From a virus, in IMG/VR virus record IMGVR_UViG_3300005836_000049, positions 4,734 to 68,733 of that record: a DNA stretch of 64,000 nucleotides; one strand, 5' to 3'. Both the position numbers and the translations under genes were made by a program. Positions 37,808 to 46,181 of the stretch are shown piece after piece. Below the pieces are notes generated by a model that saw only the letters and a program-made list of their open reading frames with translations, ran no database searches and had not been told where the DNA came from. Numbering within the stretch: position 1 is the first letter of the stretch; the number at the start of each line of letters is the position of its first letter.

Positions 37808-38319
37808 TCGCCTCTCTGTTGCTGGCGCTTGTTCCGTCGTACCCGTGCGAACTGGTTGGGGGTCAGCCGACGCACGTGGGGTACGCTTCGCCGGCGATCT
37901 GGTTGCCTCCGGTGTTCAAGTGTCCGTCGGAGAAGCCCATGTACCTGAGCGAGTGCGCCGCTGAGTGCTTCTGTCTCTGGTGGGATGAGACGAGCGAGGC
38001 GCGTGAGAGTTGGATCGACGCCACGATGGGGTTCGCAGATGCCTACAATGCGACCATCGACAAGGCTTGGGCGGTCGCGCAAGCTGCCGAGAAGGCTGCT
38101 CAGGTAGCCTACGACAACTGCTCGGGGAACGGATGCCGTGATGTCCTCTGCGAAGAGATCGGACGCATCCAGACCGAGGAGTGGGGTGTGATCAGCCGAG
38201 CACAGACGACGTTCGAGCGCGGGATGAACCGTGCCGATGTCGTGTACGAGCGAGCCTGCGAACAGGCCGATGCGAACTACCTGAACTGCCGAATCTCCTG
38301 TTGTGAGAGTCTGAAATGA
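37795..38319 (+). CDS. Secreted Cys-rich protein
   Basis: Signal-like N-terminus VLIASLLLALVPS. About 14 Cys. Confidence 0.4.
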   Translation: MQVLIASLLLALVPSYPCELVGGQPTHVGYASPAIWLPPVFKCPSEKPMYLSECAAECFCLWWDETSEARESWIDATMGFADAYNATIDKAWAVAQAAEKAAQVAYDNCSGNGCRDVLCEEIGRIQTEEWGVISRAQTTFERGMNRADVVYERACEQADANYLNCRISCCESLK

Positions 38320-38573
38320 ACGACCTAGACCAGATGCGCGTGTTGCGTTACGCTCGATCGGAAACCCCCTTCACCGTGACCGCCGACCGGCGGAAGATCG
38401 TCGAGGGACTGGCGAGGAAGGGCATGCTGACTGTGGTCGGCGCCGGGCGATCGGGGACCCTGATGAAGCTGACGAAGAGCGGACTCGAGTTGCTCCAGTC
38501 ACTTGAGAAAGCCAACCCCGGAGTCCAGGACTACGCTCTCAAACAGGCGATCGCGCGGATGGACCGTGCCTAG
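38316..38573 (+). CDS. Small hypothetical protein
   Basis: 85 aa, ATGA overlap. Confidence 0.35.
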   Translation: MNDLDQMRVLRYARSETPFTVTADRRKIVEGLARKGMLTVVGAGRSGTLMKLTKSGLELLQSLEKANPGVQDYALKQAIARMDRA

Positions 38574-38840
38574 ACGGCCTCCGAAATCGCACCTGGCTCG
38601 GTGTATCGCGACCGCGACAGCGTGGGGATCCCGAGTCCCGGCGCAGCGCGAGTTGCGCGCCCTTCTCAAGCTGAAGGACGAGCAGCAGGCAGCGCTCGAG
38701 CGGGATGCGTACAAGGAGCGGCGCCGCGAGATCCCCGCACTCCGACAACGGATCGAGCAGCTGGCCAAGTACGTGCGACACGAGTTGAACTGCCAAGCTG
38801 TCCTACCCCAAGACCCCCGATTCAAGCACCTGAGAGGAGC

Positions 38841-39155
38841 ATGCACATGCGGCCTGACAAAGCTCCTGCACGGTTGACAGACGAGCGGTTGCGCCAGCTA
38901 GGCCAGCTGCACGAGGACGATCACGCCAAGTGGGCTGTCGACGCTCGACCTCTGGACGTCCGGCGCCCCTACCTGCCCATGTCGGTCGCCGAGCTTCGGT
39001 CACTCCTGGCAGAGGTCCAGGGTCTGCGCCGAGTGACAGAGACTCGCATGCCCTTCATCGGGCTGACCCCGGCCTGCACCCTCTGTAGCCTACCGGCTCA
39101 CGTGGGCAGCTGCGAGCGCGCGCGTGTCGCCTGGCACAGGTGGGAATCAACGTAG
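38841..39155 (+). CDS. Hypothetical protein (last early gene before boundary repeat B)
   Basis: ATG 38841 with SD gagaggagc. An overlapping alternative frame (38563-38877) cannot be excluded. Confidence 0.35.
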   Translation: MHMRPDKAPARLTDERLRQLGQLHEDDHAKWAVDARPLDVRRPYLPMSVAELRSLLAEVQGLRRVTETRMPFIGLTPACTLCSLPAHVGSCERARVAWHRWEST

Positions 39156-39183
39156 ATCAAGGCCCGGTTATAGGTTGAGCCGA

Positions 39184-39490
39184 CTTGCCCTCCAAAGGGC
39201 AGTTGCCCACCCTCACGAAATGGAGGGCACGGAATGGCGAGTAGCCCAACACATTAGGACTGCGCCCTCCATACCCTCCATTCGCTTGGGACACTTTCGT
39301 CCCTGGAATAGGAAACCGGGCGCCCTCCAGAGTCTTCTCTCTTACTACCCCCTCTCTAATAGAAGAGGGTATGGAGGGAGTGGAGTTGGGCCCACACAGG
39401 CCCCACACTTTGGCCACCCGCGCGAAATGGAGGGTGACAGCAAGATCTGGAGGGGGATGGCGATCCCAAGTACCTAACGGATCCCTAACG
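39184..39490. repeat. Boundary inverted repeat copy B (partner of 1680-1984, opposite orientation)
   Basis: See copy A. Begins 29 bp after the last early gene. Followed by a further strong hairpin (accgccgaaacggcggt, 39491-39507) and two BamHI palindromes before the terS-like gene. Confidence 0.8.
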
Positions 39491-39561
39491 ACCGCCGAAA
39501 CGGCGGTTACGCCTGCGTAACGAAAGACCTCCGCCGGGATCCCCGACCCACACAACCCGGG

Positions 39562-40395
39562 TTGGATGGGACACTGGGATGTCTGAGGATCGACGTTGGA
39601 TCTCTGAGATGGGAGGGCGCCACGGGATTGGCGATCAGAGAGCTACCGATCTCCATCGTCGACGCTCACCCCAGCGCTAGACACTCCGGAGTGGGGACGT
39701 GGTTTCTCGGTTCATCGCCTCCCACAGAACCCCTTTCGCCCCCACGTCGAATCGGCTATCCTTGGGTCGTGGGCCGTCCCAAGATTCCCGACTCCGTCAA
39801 GCAGGAGAACCTCGCCAAGGGTCTCACCCCCTCAGGCAAGGTCCCGGCTCGGAAGTCCAGACGTCAGCAGTCCGACACGTTCCAGGACAAGGACTACCGG
39901 CGCCAGCACACGCAGTTCACCCCCGAGCGCAAGAACCGCTACCTCAAGGTGCTTGAGGAGACCGGCGAGCGAGCGCTCGCGCGCGCGGACATCGGCATCA
40001 GCAGCACGACGGTCTTCGAGCATCGCTCCAAGGACCCGGCCTTCCGTGATGCCGAGGACGAGACCCTCCGGAAGCACGCAGCTGTCTACAGCACGGAGAT
40101 GAAGCGCCGCGCTGTCGAAGGCTACCAAGAGCCGGTCTACGGCTCGAAGGGCGCCGGCATGGGCATGGCGGTCGTCGGTTGGGTGACCCGCTACAGCGAT
40201 CGCTTGCTGCTCGAGCTTGCGCGCCGCTACGAACCAGAGTACACTCCACGCACGAAGATCGAGTCGGTGTCCACGGTGACGCAAGACTCTCTTGGCCTCC
40301 AAGACCTCTCGCCCGAGTCGCGCGCTGATCTGCGTCGCATCCTGGAGCGCGAGGCTGCGCGGAAGGCGGAGAGTGAAGAACCCCCCGAGGGCTGA
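39562..40395 (+). CDS. Putative terminase small subunit (HTH-containing); start uncertain
   Basis: Segment RYLKVLEETGERALARADIGISSTTVFEHRSKDPAFRDAEDE is the typical TerS-type HTH. Sits immediately upstream of TerL. Confidence 0.5.
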   Translation: MDGTLGCLRIDVGSLRWEGATGLAIRELPISIVDAHPSARHSGVGTWFLGSSPPTEPLSPPRRIGYPWVVGRPKIPDSVKQENLAKGLTPSGKVPARKSRRQQSDTFQDKDYRRQHTQFTPERKNRYLKVLEETGERALARADIGISSTTVFEHRSKDPAFRDAEDETLRKHAAVYSTEMKRRAVEGYQEPVYGSKGAGMGMAVVGWVTRYSDRLLLELARRYEPEYTPRTKIESVSTVTQDSLGLQDLSPESRADLRRILEREAARKAESEEPPEG

Positions 40396-40570
40396 TCATT
40401 GTCTGGAGTGTGGAGTCCCCCTCCGCGAGGTTCCCGCACGTCACATCGTCAGAGTCACTGAAGAAGCCAAGATGTCCCCCCTCAAGTCCAAGGAACTCCT
40501 GCTCGGCAACTACTGTTCGCCGAAGTGCGCGTTCCAAGCCTACGATCGCGGAATCCCGAGACACCTATGA
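40373..40570 (+). CDS. Small zinc-ribbon protein (CLECG...CSPKC)
   Basis: GTG 40373 is the only in-frame start that includes both Cys pairs. Overlaps the terS 3' end. Confidence 0.3.
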   Translation: MKNPPRADHCLECGVPLREVPARHIVRVTEEAKMSPLKSKELLLGNYCSPKCAFQAYDRGIPRHL

Positions 40571-40848
40571 GCGAGCCCCAAGTCATCACGGTCAAGGTCG
40601 AGGTGCCCCAAGCAGCCGACATTCAGTCCGCCCTCGAAGCACAGCGCACAATCCCAGGCATCAACACCTCCGAGTTCAAGTTGTCGATGCTCGCCATCAG
40701 CGCGGGTGTCGTGCTCATCGCGCTCGGCCTCTGGCGTCACGACGAGGCGGTCACGAGCCAAGGCCAGGAGCTCATCAAGTGGGCCGTGGCAGGCTACGCA
40801 GTCAGCCGAGGCATCTCCAAGATCAACACAACCCCGAGCGCACCATGA
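40567..40848 (+). CDS. Small membrane protein
   Basis: ATGA overlap. Transmembrane segment LSMLAISAGVVLIALGLW. Two more tiny TM ORFs follow (40845-40985, ~40984-41062). Confidence 0.4.
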   Translation: MSEPQVITVKVEVPQAADIQSALEAQRTIPGINTSEFKLSMLAISAGVVLIALGLWRHDEAVTSQGQELIKWAVAGYAVSRGISKINTTPSAP

Positions 40849-41058
40849 TGTTCAAGAAGCGTCCCCTCCTCGTCCAGCTGTGGTTGAACGACCGCAAGCT
40901 CCCCCTCGTCCCCTGGTCGATGTCGCTGGCCGAGATGGTCGGGAGCATCGCGGTTCCCGTGATGCTCTACCTTTGGCTGCGGTGAAGTACCTCAAGCGAG
41001 TCCCATGGTGGCTCGTCATCGGGCTCTCCATTGGACCCCTGCTGTACTGGCTCATCGG

Positions 41059-42537
41059 ATGACCAAGCAATCGGAAGCTCTAGACAATGCCCTCGCCGAC
41101 CCTGCGAGGGCATTGTCCGTCCTCCGCAAGCTCGACGCTGAGGACAGCCTCCTCGAGTTCATCAAGCAAGGGTGGCCGACACTCGAGCCTGGGAGGTCGT
41201 TCGTGTCGGGTTGGGCTGTCGATGCGATCTGCGAGCACCTCGAGGCGGTGTCGAAGGGGGAGATCAAGCGTCTGCTGATCAACGTCCCCCCGGGTTGCAC
41301 GAAGTCGATGACCACGAACGTGTTCTGGCCTTCGTGGGAGTGGATCAAGAACCCCCACCTCAAGTACATCAGCGCGAGCTACGCCCAAGACCTCACCACG
41401 CGCGACAACGTGCGAGGGCGCACACTCATCGAGTCCGAGTGGTACCAGGCCAATTGGGGCGCGCGGTTCAAGTTCAAGGGGGACCAGAACGCCAAGCTCC
41501 GGTACGAGAACACGGTGGGAGGGTTCCGCCAAGTGTCGTCGGTCGGCGCCTCCCTCATCGGCCACCGTGGCGACCGCATCATCGTGGACGACCCTCACGA
41601 CGTCCAAGGGGTCGAGTCAGACATCCAGCGCGACGAGTCACTGCGCTGGTTCGCGGAGACGCTGCCGACCCGACTCAATGACCTGGACGAGTCCGCCATC
41701 GTGGTCATCATGCAGAGGGTCCACGAGCGCGACGTCAGTGGCTTGATCCTCAGCAAGGAACTCGGCTACACGCACTTGTGTCTGCCGATGGAGTACGAGC
41801 CCGACCACCCCCACTTGAGCACGAGGTTCAAAGACCCTCGCACCCAAGACGGAGAGTTGCTGTGGCCAGAACGCTTCAGCCGCGAGGCGGTCGACCAGCT
41901 GAAGCTCGTCTTCCGCTCGTGGGGCGGGACCTACGCCGAGGCGGGACAGCTGCAGCAGCGTCCGGCGCCGCGCGCGGGAGGGATGTTCCAGAAGGCCGAC
42001 TTCGTGCACATCGAGCACGCTCCCTCTGGGCTGACCCATGTGACCCGGGGTTGGGACCTCGCGGCCACGAAGGACGGACTCGGCGCGCGGACCGCCGGGG
42101 TCAAGATGGCGCTCTGGCAGGGCAAGGTCGTCATCCTCGACGTCCAGATGGGACGTTGGGGACCCCACGAGGTCGAGCAGCGCATCGTGGCGTGCGCGAA
42201 GGCGGACGGCGGAAGGGTGCGCATCAGCATCCCACAGGACCCGGGTCAGGCTGGCAAGGCCCAGAAGTCCTACTTGGCCCAAGCTCTCGCCGGGTTCGAC
42301 GTCCACTTCAGCCCGGAGTCGGGCTCCAAGGAAGACCGCGCGCGTCCGCTGAGCGCACAGTGTGAGGCCGGCAACGTGTTGCTCGTCCGAGGTCCTTGGG
42401 TCGATGCCTTCATCAACGAGGCAGCGATGTTCCCGACCGGCGAGTTCAAGGACCAGGTCGACGCGGCCACGCGCGCCTACGCCGACCTGCTGAGCTCAGT
42501 CCCTCAGCAGCTTGGCGCGGCGCCGCGCTTGTTCTAG
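41059..42537 (+). CDS. Terminase large subunit
   Basis: ATGA overlap. Walker A-like PPGCTKSMT. Walker B IIVDDPHD. C-terminal nuclease-like region. 492 aa. Confidence 0.75.
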   Translation: MTKQSEALDNALADPARALSVLRKLDAEDSLLEFIKQGWPTLEPGRSFVSGWAVDAICEHLEAVSKGEIKRLLINVPPGCTKSMTTNVFWPSWEWIKNPHLKYISASYAQDLTTRDNVRGRTLIESEWYQANWGARFKFKGDQNAKLRYENTVGGFRQVSSVGASLIGHRGDRIIVDDPHDVQGVESDIQRDESLRWFAETLPTRLNDLDESAIVVIMQRVHERDVSGLILSKELGYTHLCLPMEYEPDHPHLSTRFKDPRTQDGELLWPERFSREAVDQLKLVFRSWGGTYAEAGQLQQRPAPRAGGMFQKADFVHIEHAPSGLTHVTRGWDLAATKDGLGARTAGVKMALWQGKVVILDVQMGRWGPHEVEQRIVACAKADGGRVRISIPQDPGQAGKAQKSYLAQALAGFDVHFSPESGSKEDRARPLSAQCEAGNVLLVRGPWVDAFINEAAMFPTGEFKDQVDAATRAYADLLSSVPQQLGAAPRLF

Positions 42538-42821
42538 CTTTCCTCGAAGGCGATCTTGATGTCGGCCATCTCGCGGTCGATCCAGCGCTTGGTCTTCTTC
42601 TCGTCGAGCGCGCGTAGGACGTTGCCACCGAAGAAGCTCGCGGCATCGGCCAAGTGGCGGCCAGCCTTGCTGTCGAGCAGGTTGCGGATGTCCGCCGGAG
42701 TCGCGCTCGGGTACAGGTCGCCGAGGTAGCTCGAGAGCGCGGACCAGCTGGTCAGGTCCTTGTTGCGCTCGAGTTCGCCAGCGTAACCCCAGGTCGGATT
42801 GTTGGTGGGAAGGATCTTCAT
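42534..42821 (-). CDS. Hypothetical protein (leftward early-type islet)
   Basis: 95 aa. Converges on the TerL stop. ATGA-coupled to the gene above. Confidence 0.4.
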   Translation of the reverse strand: MKILPTNNPTWGYAGELERNKDLTSWSALSSYLGDLYPSATPADIRNLLDSKAGRHLADAASFFGGNVLRALDEKKTKRWIDREMADIKIAFEES

Positions 42822-43015
42822 GAGGGTAGTGCTCCACGGACGGAATTGTCCAGTTCGTTCAGCATGCCACGGAGTTCGTCGATGCCATAGGCGAGGTTCA
42901 TGCGCACTTCTTCGCGCTCCTCGAGCGTGAGGCACTTGGTGGTCGCGCGGAAGTGGATGGCGAGAACGCTCTTCATCGTCTCGCGGATGTCTTGGCGTAT
43001 GGTTGACTTGGGCAT
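42818..43015 (-). CDS. Small hypothetical protein
   Basis: 65 aa. Confidence 0.35.
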   Translation of the reverse strand: MPKSTIRQDIRETMKSVLAIHFRATTKCLTLEEREEVRMNLAYGIDELRGMLNELDNSVRGALPS

Positions 43016-43016
43016 G

Positions 43017-43226
43017 TTACACCTTGCTGACGCGGACGTTGATGTTGACCGAACCGTTGTCGCGCATCGACACGATGGCGAACTCCTCGAGACGGACCGG
43101 GTAGCCGAGCTTGGCGGACGCTTCACGGGTCAGGAACTGGCTGAACGAGTCCATCTCGTTCTGCTTGGCGTGGAAGATGTCCATGACCGACAGGTTGAGA
43201 ACGGTGTTGCGAGTGCTGATCTTCAT
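43017..43226 (-). CDS. Small hypothetical protein, leaderless from P4
   Basis: ATG 5 nt from the -10 (tatcct) of the composite promoter. Confidence 0.4.
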   Translation of the reverse strand: MKISTRNTVLNLSVMDIFHAKQNEMDSFSQFLTREASAKLGYPVRLEEFAIVSMRDNGSVNINVRVSKV

Positions 43227-43280
43227 GCCGAAGGATACCGACGTTTCGGGTCGCAGGACGGGTTTTTCCGTGGAAAGTTT
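43227..43280 (-). promoter_or_regulatory. Composite early promoter P4 (minus strand)
   Basis: Minus-strand reading: tttccacggaaaaacccgtcctgcgacccgaaacgtcggtatccttcggcATG. Confidence 0.5.
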
Positions 43281-43304
43281 TCCTCTTCCCACGTAGGCCA
43301 CCAC

Positions 43305-43949
43305 TTAGGACTTGGCCTTGTGCTTGCGGAGGGGGCTGTACCCACGAGGGCCAGCATAGACCACCTTCTTGCAGTGGGGGCAGCGACGGTAGCGGCTGAA
43401 CCCAGCGGCGCCCTTCGATTCGCCAGCCTTGCCACTGCCGGGGCAGAGCAGAGCGGCCTGGGAGGCTTCTGCAGCCAGGCGCAGCGCCTTGGCAGCGAGG
43501 AAGGCGGGGTGGTTCTGCACAGCGGGGAAGCAGATCGCACAGGCGTTGTCCCCGTGCTCGGCCACCATGGCCAGTTCGTCGCAGCCGCTAAGGGTGGGCA
43601 GCCAGCCGAAAAGGGTGTTCCAGTGGCAGGACGAGCAGTTGCGCTCGCGGTGAACGTGTCCGCCGGGCACCAGGAAGTAGCGCGACCAGCCACCCCGGCG
43701 CACGAACTCGGCGTCGTAGGGGGCGATCAGCGCGCGCTGGGCGGTGATCTTGGCGTGCTGTTCGGCAACCAGAACCTCCAGCTGCTCAACCGTCTTGGCG
43801 CTGTAGTAGCGGTAGCGCTCGGGGAACTGCACTCGGTCCTGGATCTGCTTCTCGAGCGCCGCAAGGTTCTGGCGGAATCCAGCCAGCGGCTCTTCCAGCT
43901 TGGCGATCGTGGTGTCGATCTCGCGCGGGGTCTGCTTGGTGATGTCCAT
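43305..43949 (-). CDS. Cys-rich hypothetical protein
   Basis: 214 aa. CSSCHW, CAICF, CPHCKK motifs. Leaderless from P5. Confidence 0.45.
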   Translation of the reverse strand: MDITKQTPREIDTTIAKLEEPLAGFRQNLAALEKQIQDRVQFPERYRYYSAKTVEQLEVLVAEQHAKITAQRALIAPYDAEFVRRGGWSRYFLVPGGHVHRERNCSSCHWNTLFGWLPTLSGCDELAMVAEHGDNACAICFPAVQNHPAFLAAKALRLAAEASQAALLCPGSGKAGESKGAAGFSRYRRCPHCKKVVYAGPRGYSPLRKHKAKS

Positions 43950-44005
43950 GTAGAACTATATCGACGCCGGGTGGCCCCAGGACGGGTTTTTCCGTGGGAA
44001 AGTTA
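43950..44005 (-). promoter_or_regulatory. Composite early promoter P5 (minus strand)
   Basis: Minus-strand reading: tttcccacggaaaaacccgtcctggggccacccggcgtcgatatagttctacATG. Confidence 0.5.
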
Positions 44006-44039
44006 GAAGACCCCATGCAGGTCCACCACTTACGACTGC

Positions 44040-44084
44040 CAGAAAGAAGAGCGCCCAGGCACAACTTTCGTCATGCCTGGGCGC
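44040..44084 (-). terminator. Rho-independent terminator (11-bp stem gcgcccaggca/tgcctgggcgc followed on the minus strand by UCUUCUUUCUG)
   Basis: Read directly. 90 nt downstream of the minus gene 44175-44453. Confidence 0.5.
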
Positions 44085-44174
44085 CTCGGATGTCAGGCCG
44101 CTAGGGCCAGTTCAGGTTCTTCGACAGGTAATGTCGTTGACACCTGCACAACCAGCAATCACTCTACCGGAATC

Positions 44175-44453
44175 CTACCCGAAGATTCCGACCGGGCGGG
44201 GAGAATCCACGACATCCTTGAACACCGTCAGCTTGAGACCCGTTCCGTGCTGCAGGTAGATGAGGCGGTCCGCGCGCCTGCTCATGAACCGGAAGGGTGT
44301 GCCGTTCCCGAGGTCGGTGCTGATGACCAAGGGACGGTGCGCGGTGGGGATGCCGAGCAGGGACTCCTCGCTGACGAACGAACCGTCCTGGTCCTTGGCC
44401 ACAGATCCGTAGGGGAGATCGACGTCCGCGACGATTCGATAGTGCTTGTCCAT
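44175..44453 (-). CDS. Hypothetical protein
   Basis: 92 aa. Divergent from the portal gene. Confidence 0.4.
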   Translation of the reverse strand: MDKHYRIVADVDLPYGSVAKDQDGSFVSEESLLGIPTAHRPLVISTDLGNGTPFRFMSRRADRLIYLQHGTGLKLTVFKDVVDSPRPVGIFG

Positions 44454-44639
44454 GAGCGAAGTGTAGCGCGGCGCGCGCGCTCGAGCCTCAGAAAAGGCGG
44501 ATCGGCGCAAGTCAGGAGATGAACCCAGCCCTACAGGCTCAACATCGGGGCCCAAGGAGGATTGAACCTCCATCTCCGTTGTGACGGATCCTAGGATTGG
44601 ACGATTGGGAGGATGCGTCCCGACCTGTGCTTGCGCCGA

Positions 44640-44678
44640 TCCGCCAGAAGTATACCCTTGACGCCGAACGCAGACTCA
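44640..44678 (+). promoter_or_regulatory. Sigma70-like promoter candidate (cTTGACG-N17-TAGGCT) upstream of portal gene
   Basis: Hexamers and 17-bp spacer read directly in the divergent intergenic region. Confidence 0.3.
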
Positions 44679-44693
44679 GCTAGGCTGGGTGGG

Positions 44694-46181
44694 ATGGCGC
44701 TGCTCGACCCCCTGCTGGATCTGTTCCGCAAGACTCCCACACCCTACAAATCGCAGGGCGGTCCCGGAGTCGCGGTGTTCGGCGGCTACGTGCAGGACGG
44801 CGAGACAAACGCCAAGGTCGCCGGTCACGAGAAGTACCGCACCTACACGAACCTGCTGGCCAACACGTCAATCGTCGCGGCCAGCGTGCGCTTCTTCTTG
44901 AACCTGCTCGCGAAGGCCGAGTGGCGAGTTCAACCGGCAGACGATTCGGCGGAGGCAGCGGAGATCGCGGAGTTCTTCGAAGAAGCGATCCACGACATGA
45001 CCACTCCGTGGCACCGTGTCGTTCGCAAGGCCGGACTCTTCCGCTACTACGGGTTCAGCATCCAAGAGTGGACGGCCAAGAAGCGCGATGACGGCAAGAT
45101 CGGCCTCCGCGACGTCGAAGCGCGACCGCAGAGCACGATAGAGCAGTGGGCGGTCGACGAGTCCGGCACGGTCAAGGGAGTTGTCCAGCGCTCGCCTCAG
45201 ACATTCAAGGCGATCCCGCTCGACCGCGCGCGACTCGTCTACATCGTCGATGACTCGATCACGGACTCGCCCGAAGGGTTGGGCTTGTTCCGCCACGTGG
45301 TCGAAGCAGTGGAGCGATTGCGTGAGTACGAGCGGCTCGAGGGCATCGGCTTCGAGACGGACTTGCGCGGCATCCCGATCGGCCGCGCGCCGATCAACGA
45401 ACTCGATCAGCAGGTCGCATCGGGAACCATCAGCCAGGATCAGATGAACCTCCAGATCGCGGCGATGGGAGAGTTCCTCACCAAGCACAAGAAGACCGCC
45501 AACCTCGCGATGATGCTCGACTCGAAGGTGTACGCATCGACGGGCGAGAACCGAACGCCGAGCGGAACTCCGCAGTGGTCGCTGGATCTGATCAGCGCCG
45601 GAGCGACGTCAGCCCCTGAATTGGCCTTGGCCATTCAGAGGCTGAACCGTGAGATCGCGCGCGTGCTCGGGACCGAGAACATTCTGCTCGGTGAGTCGGG
45701 CGCCGGTTCGCTCGCCATGTCATCGGACAAGAGCGATCAGTTCGCGCTCGTCGTGGACAGCACGCTCAAGGAGCTTGCTGAGGGATTCCAGGCGGACCTC
45801 ATCAAGCCCATCATGGAGTTGAACGGGTGGGATGAGGAGCTCATGCCCACGCTCGCTCCTGAGAAGATCCAACACCGCGCGGTCACGGAAGTCACCGCTG
45901 CTCTGCGCGACCTCGCGACGGCGGGCGCCGCGCTCGCTCCCGACGATCCGGCCATCAACGAGATCCGACAGATGCTCGGCCTGACCGAGATCGACCTCGA
46001 GAAGGCTGCGGAAGACGCGGCCATCAGCGCCGACCTCGATCGGAAGGCTGCTGAGGCTCAGATCGCGATGACACAGTCCAAGGCAGGCCAACCTCCGGCG
46101 AAGCCGGGTGAAGTGCCTCCCCCGAAACCGGGCGCCAAGCCCAACGAAACTCCTCCCGCGAAGGACACCGAAGAACAATGA
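44694..46181 (+). CDS. Portal protein
   Basis: 495 aa. Position after TerL. Acidic Pro/Ala/Lys-rich C-terminal tail. Overall portal-like composition (no motif-level proof). Confidence 0.55.
   Translation: MALLDPLLDLFRKTPTPYKSQGGPGVAVFGGYVQDGETNAKVAGHEKYRTYTNLLANTSIVAASVRFFLNLLAKAEWRVQPADDSAEAAEIAEFFEEAIHDMTTPWHRVVRKAGLFRYYGFSIQEWTAKKRDDGKIGLRDVEARPQSTIEQWAVDESGTVKGVVQRSPQTFKAIPLDRARLVYIVDDSITDSPEGLGLFRHVVEAVERLREYERLEGIGFETDLRGIPIGRAPINELDQQVASGTISQDQMNLQIAAMGEFLTKHKKTANLAMMLDSKVYASTGENRTPSGTPQWSLDLISAGATSAPELALAIQRLNREIARVLGTENILLGESGAGSLAMSSDKSDQFALVVDSTLKELAEGFQADLIKPIMELNGWDEELMPTLAPEKIQHRAVTEVTAALRDLATAGAALAPDDPAINEIRQMLGLTEIDLEKAAEDAAISADLDRKAAEAQIAMTQSKAGQPPAKPGEVPPPKPGAKPNETPPAKDTEEQ

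Noticed and set aside
38503-39155. Two overlapping alternative ORFs (38503-38877 and 38601-39155) in different frames
   Set aside because: Only the 3' part of the second (from ATG 38841) has a credible start/SD and non-repetitive composition. The 5' 240 nt of 38601-39155 is Ala/Arg/Pro low-complexity. The first frame may encode a small coiled-coil protein, but its start cannot be fixed, so it is reported only as an ambiguity.
44540-44600. tRNA-like T-arm (ggaggattgaacctcc) upstream of the divergent portal/islet region
   Set aside because: Only a single 5-bp stem with a 7-nt loop. No acceptor stem, D-arm or anticodon arm could be assembled around it by eye.
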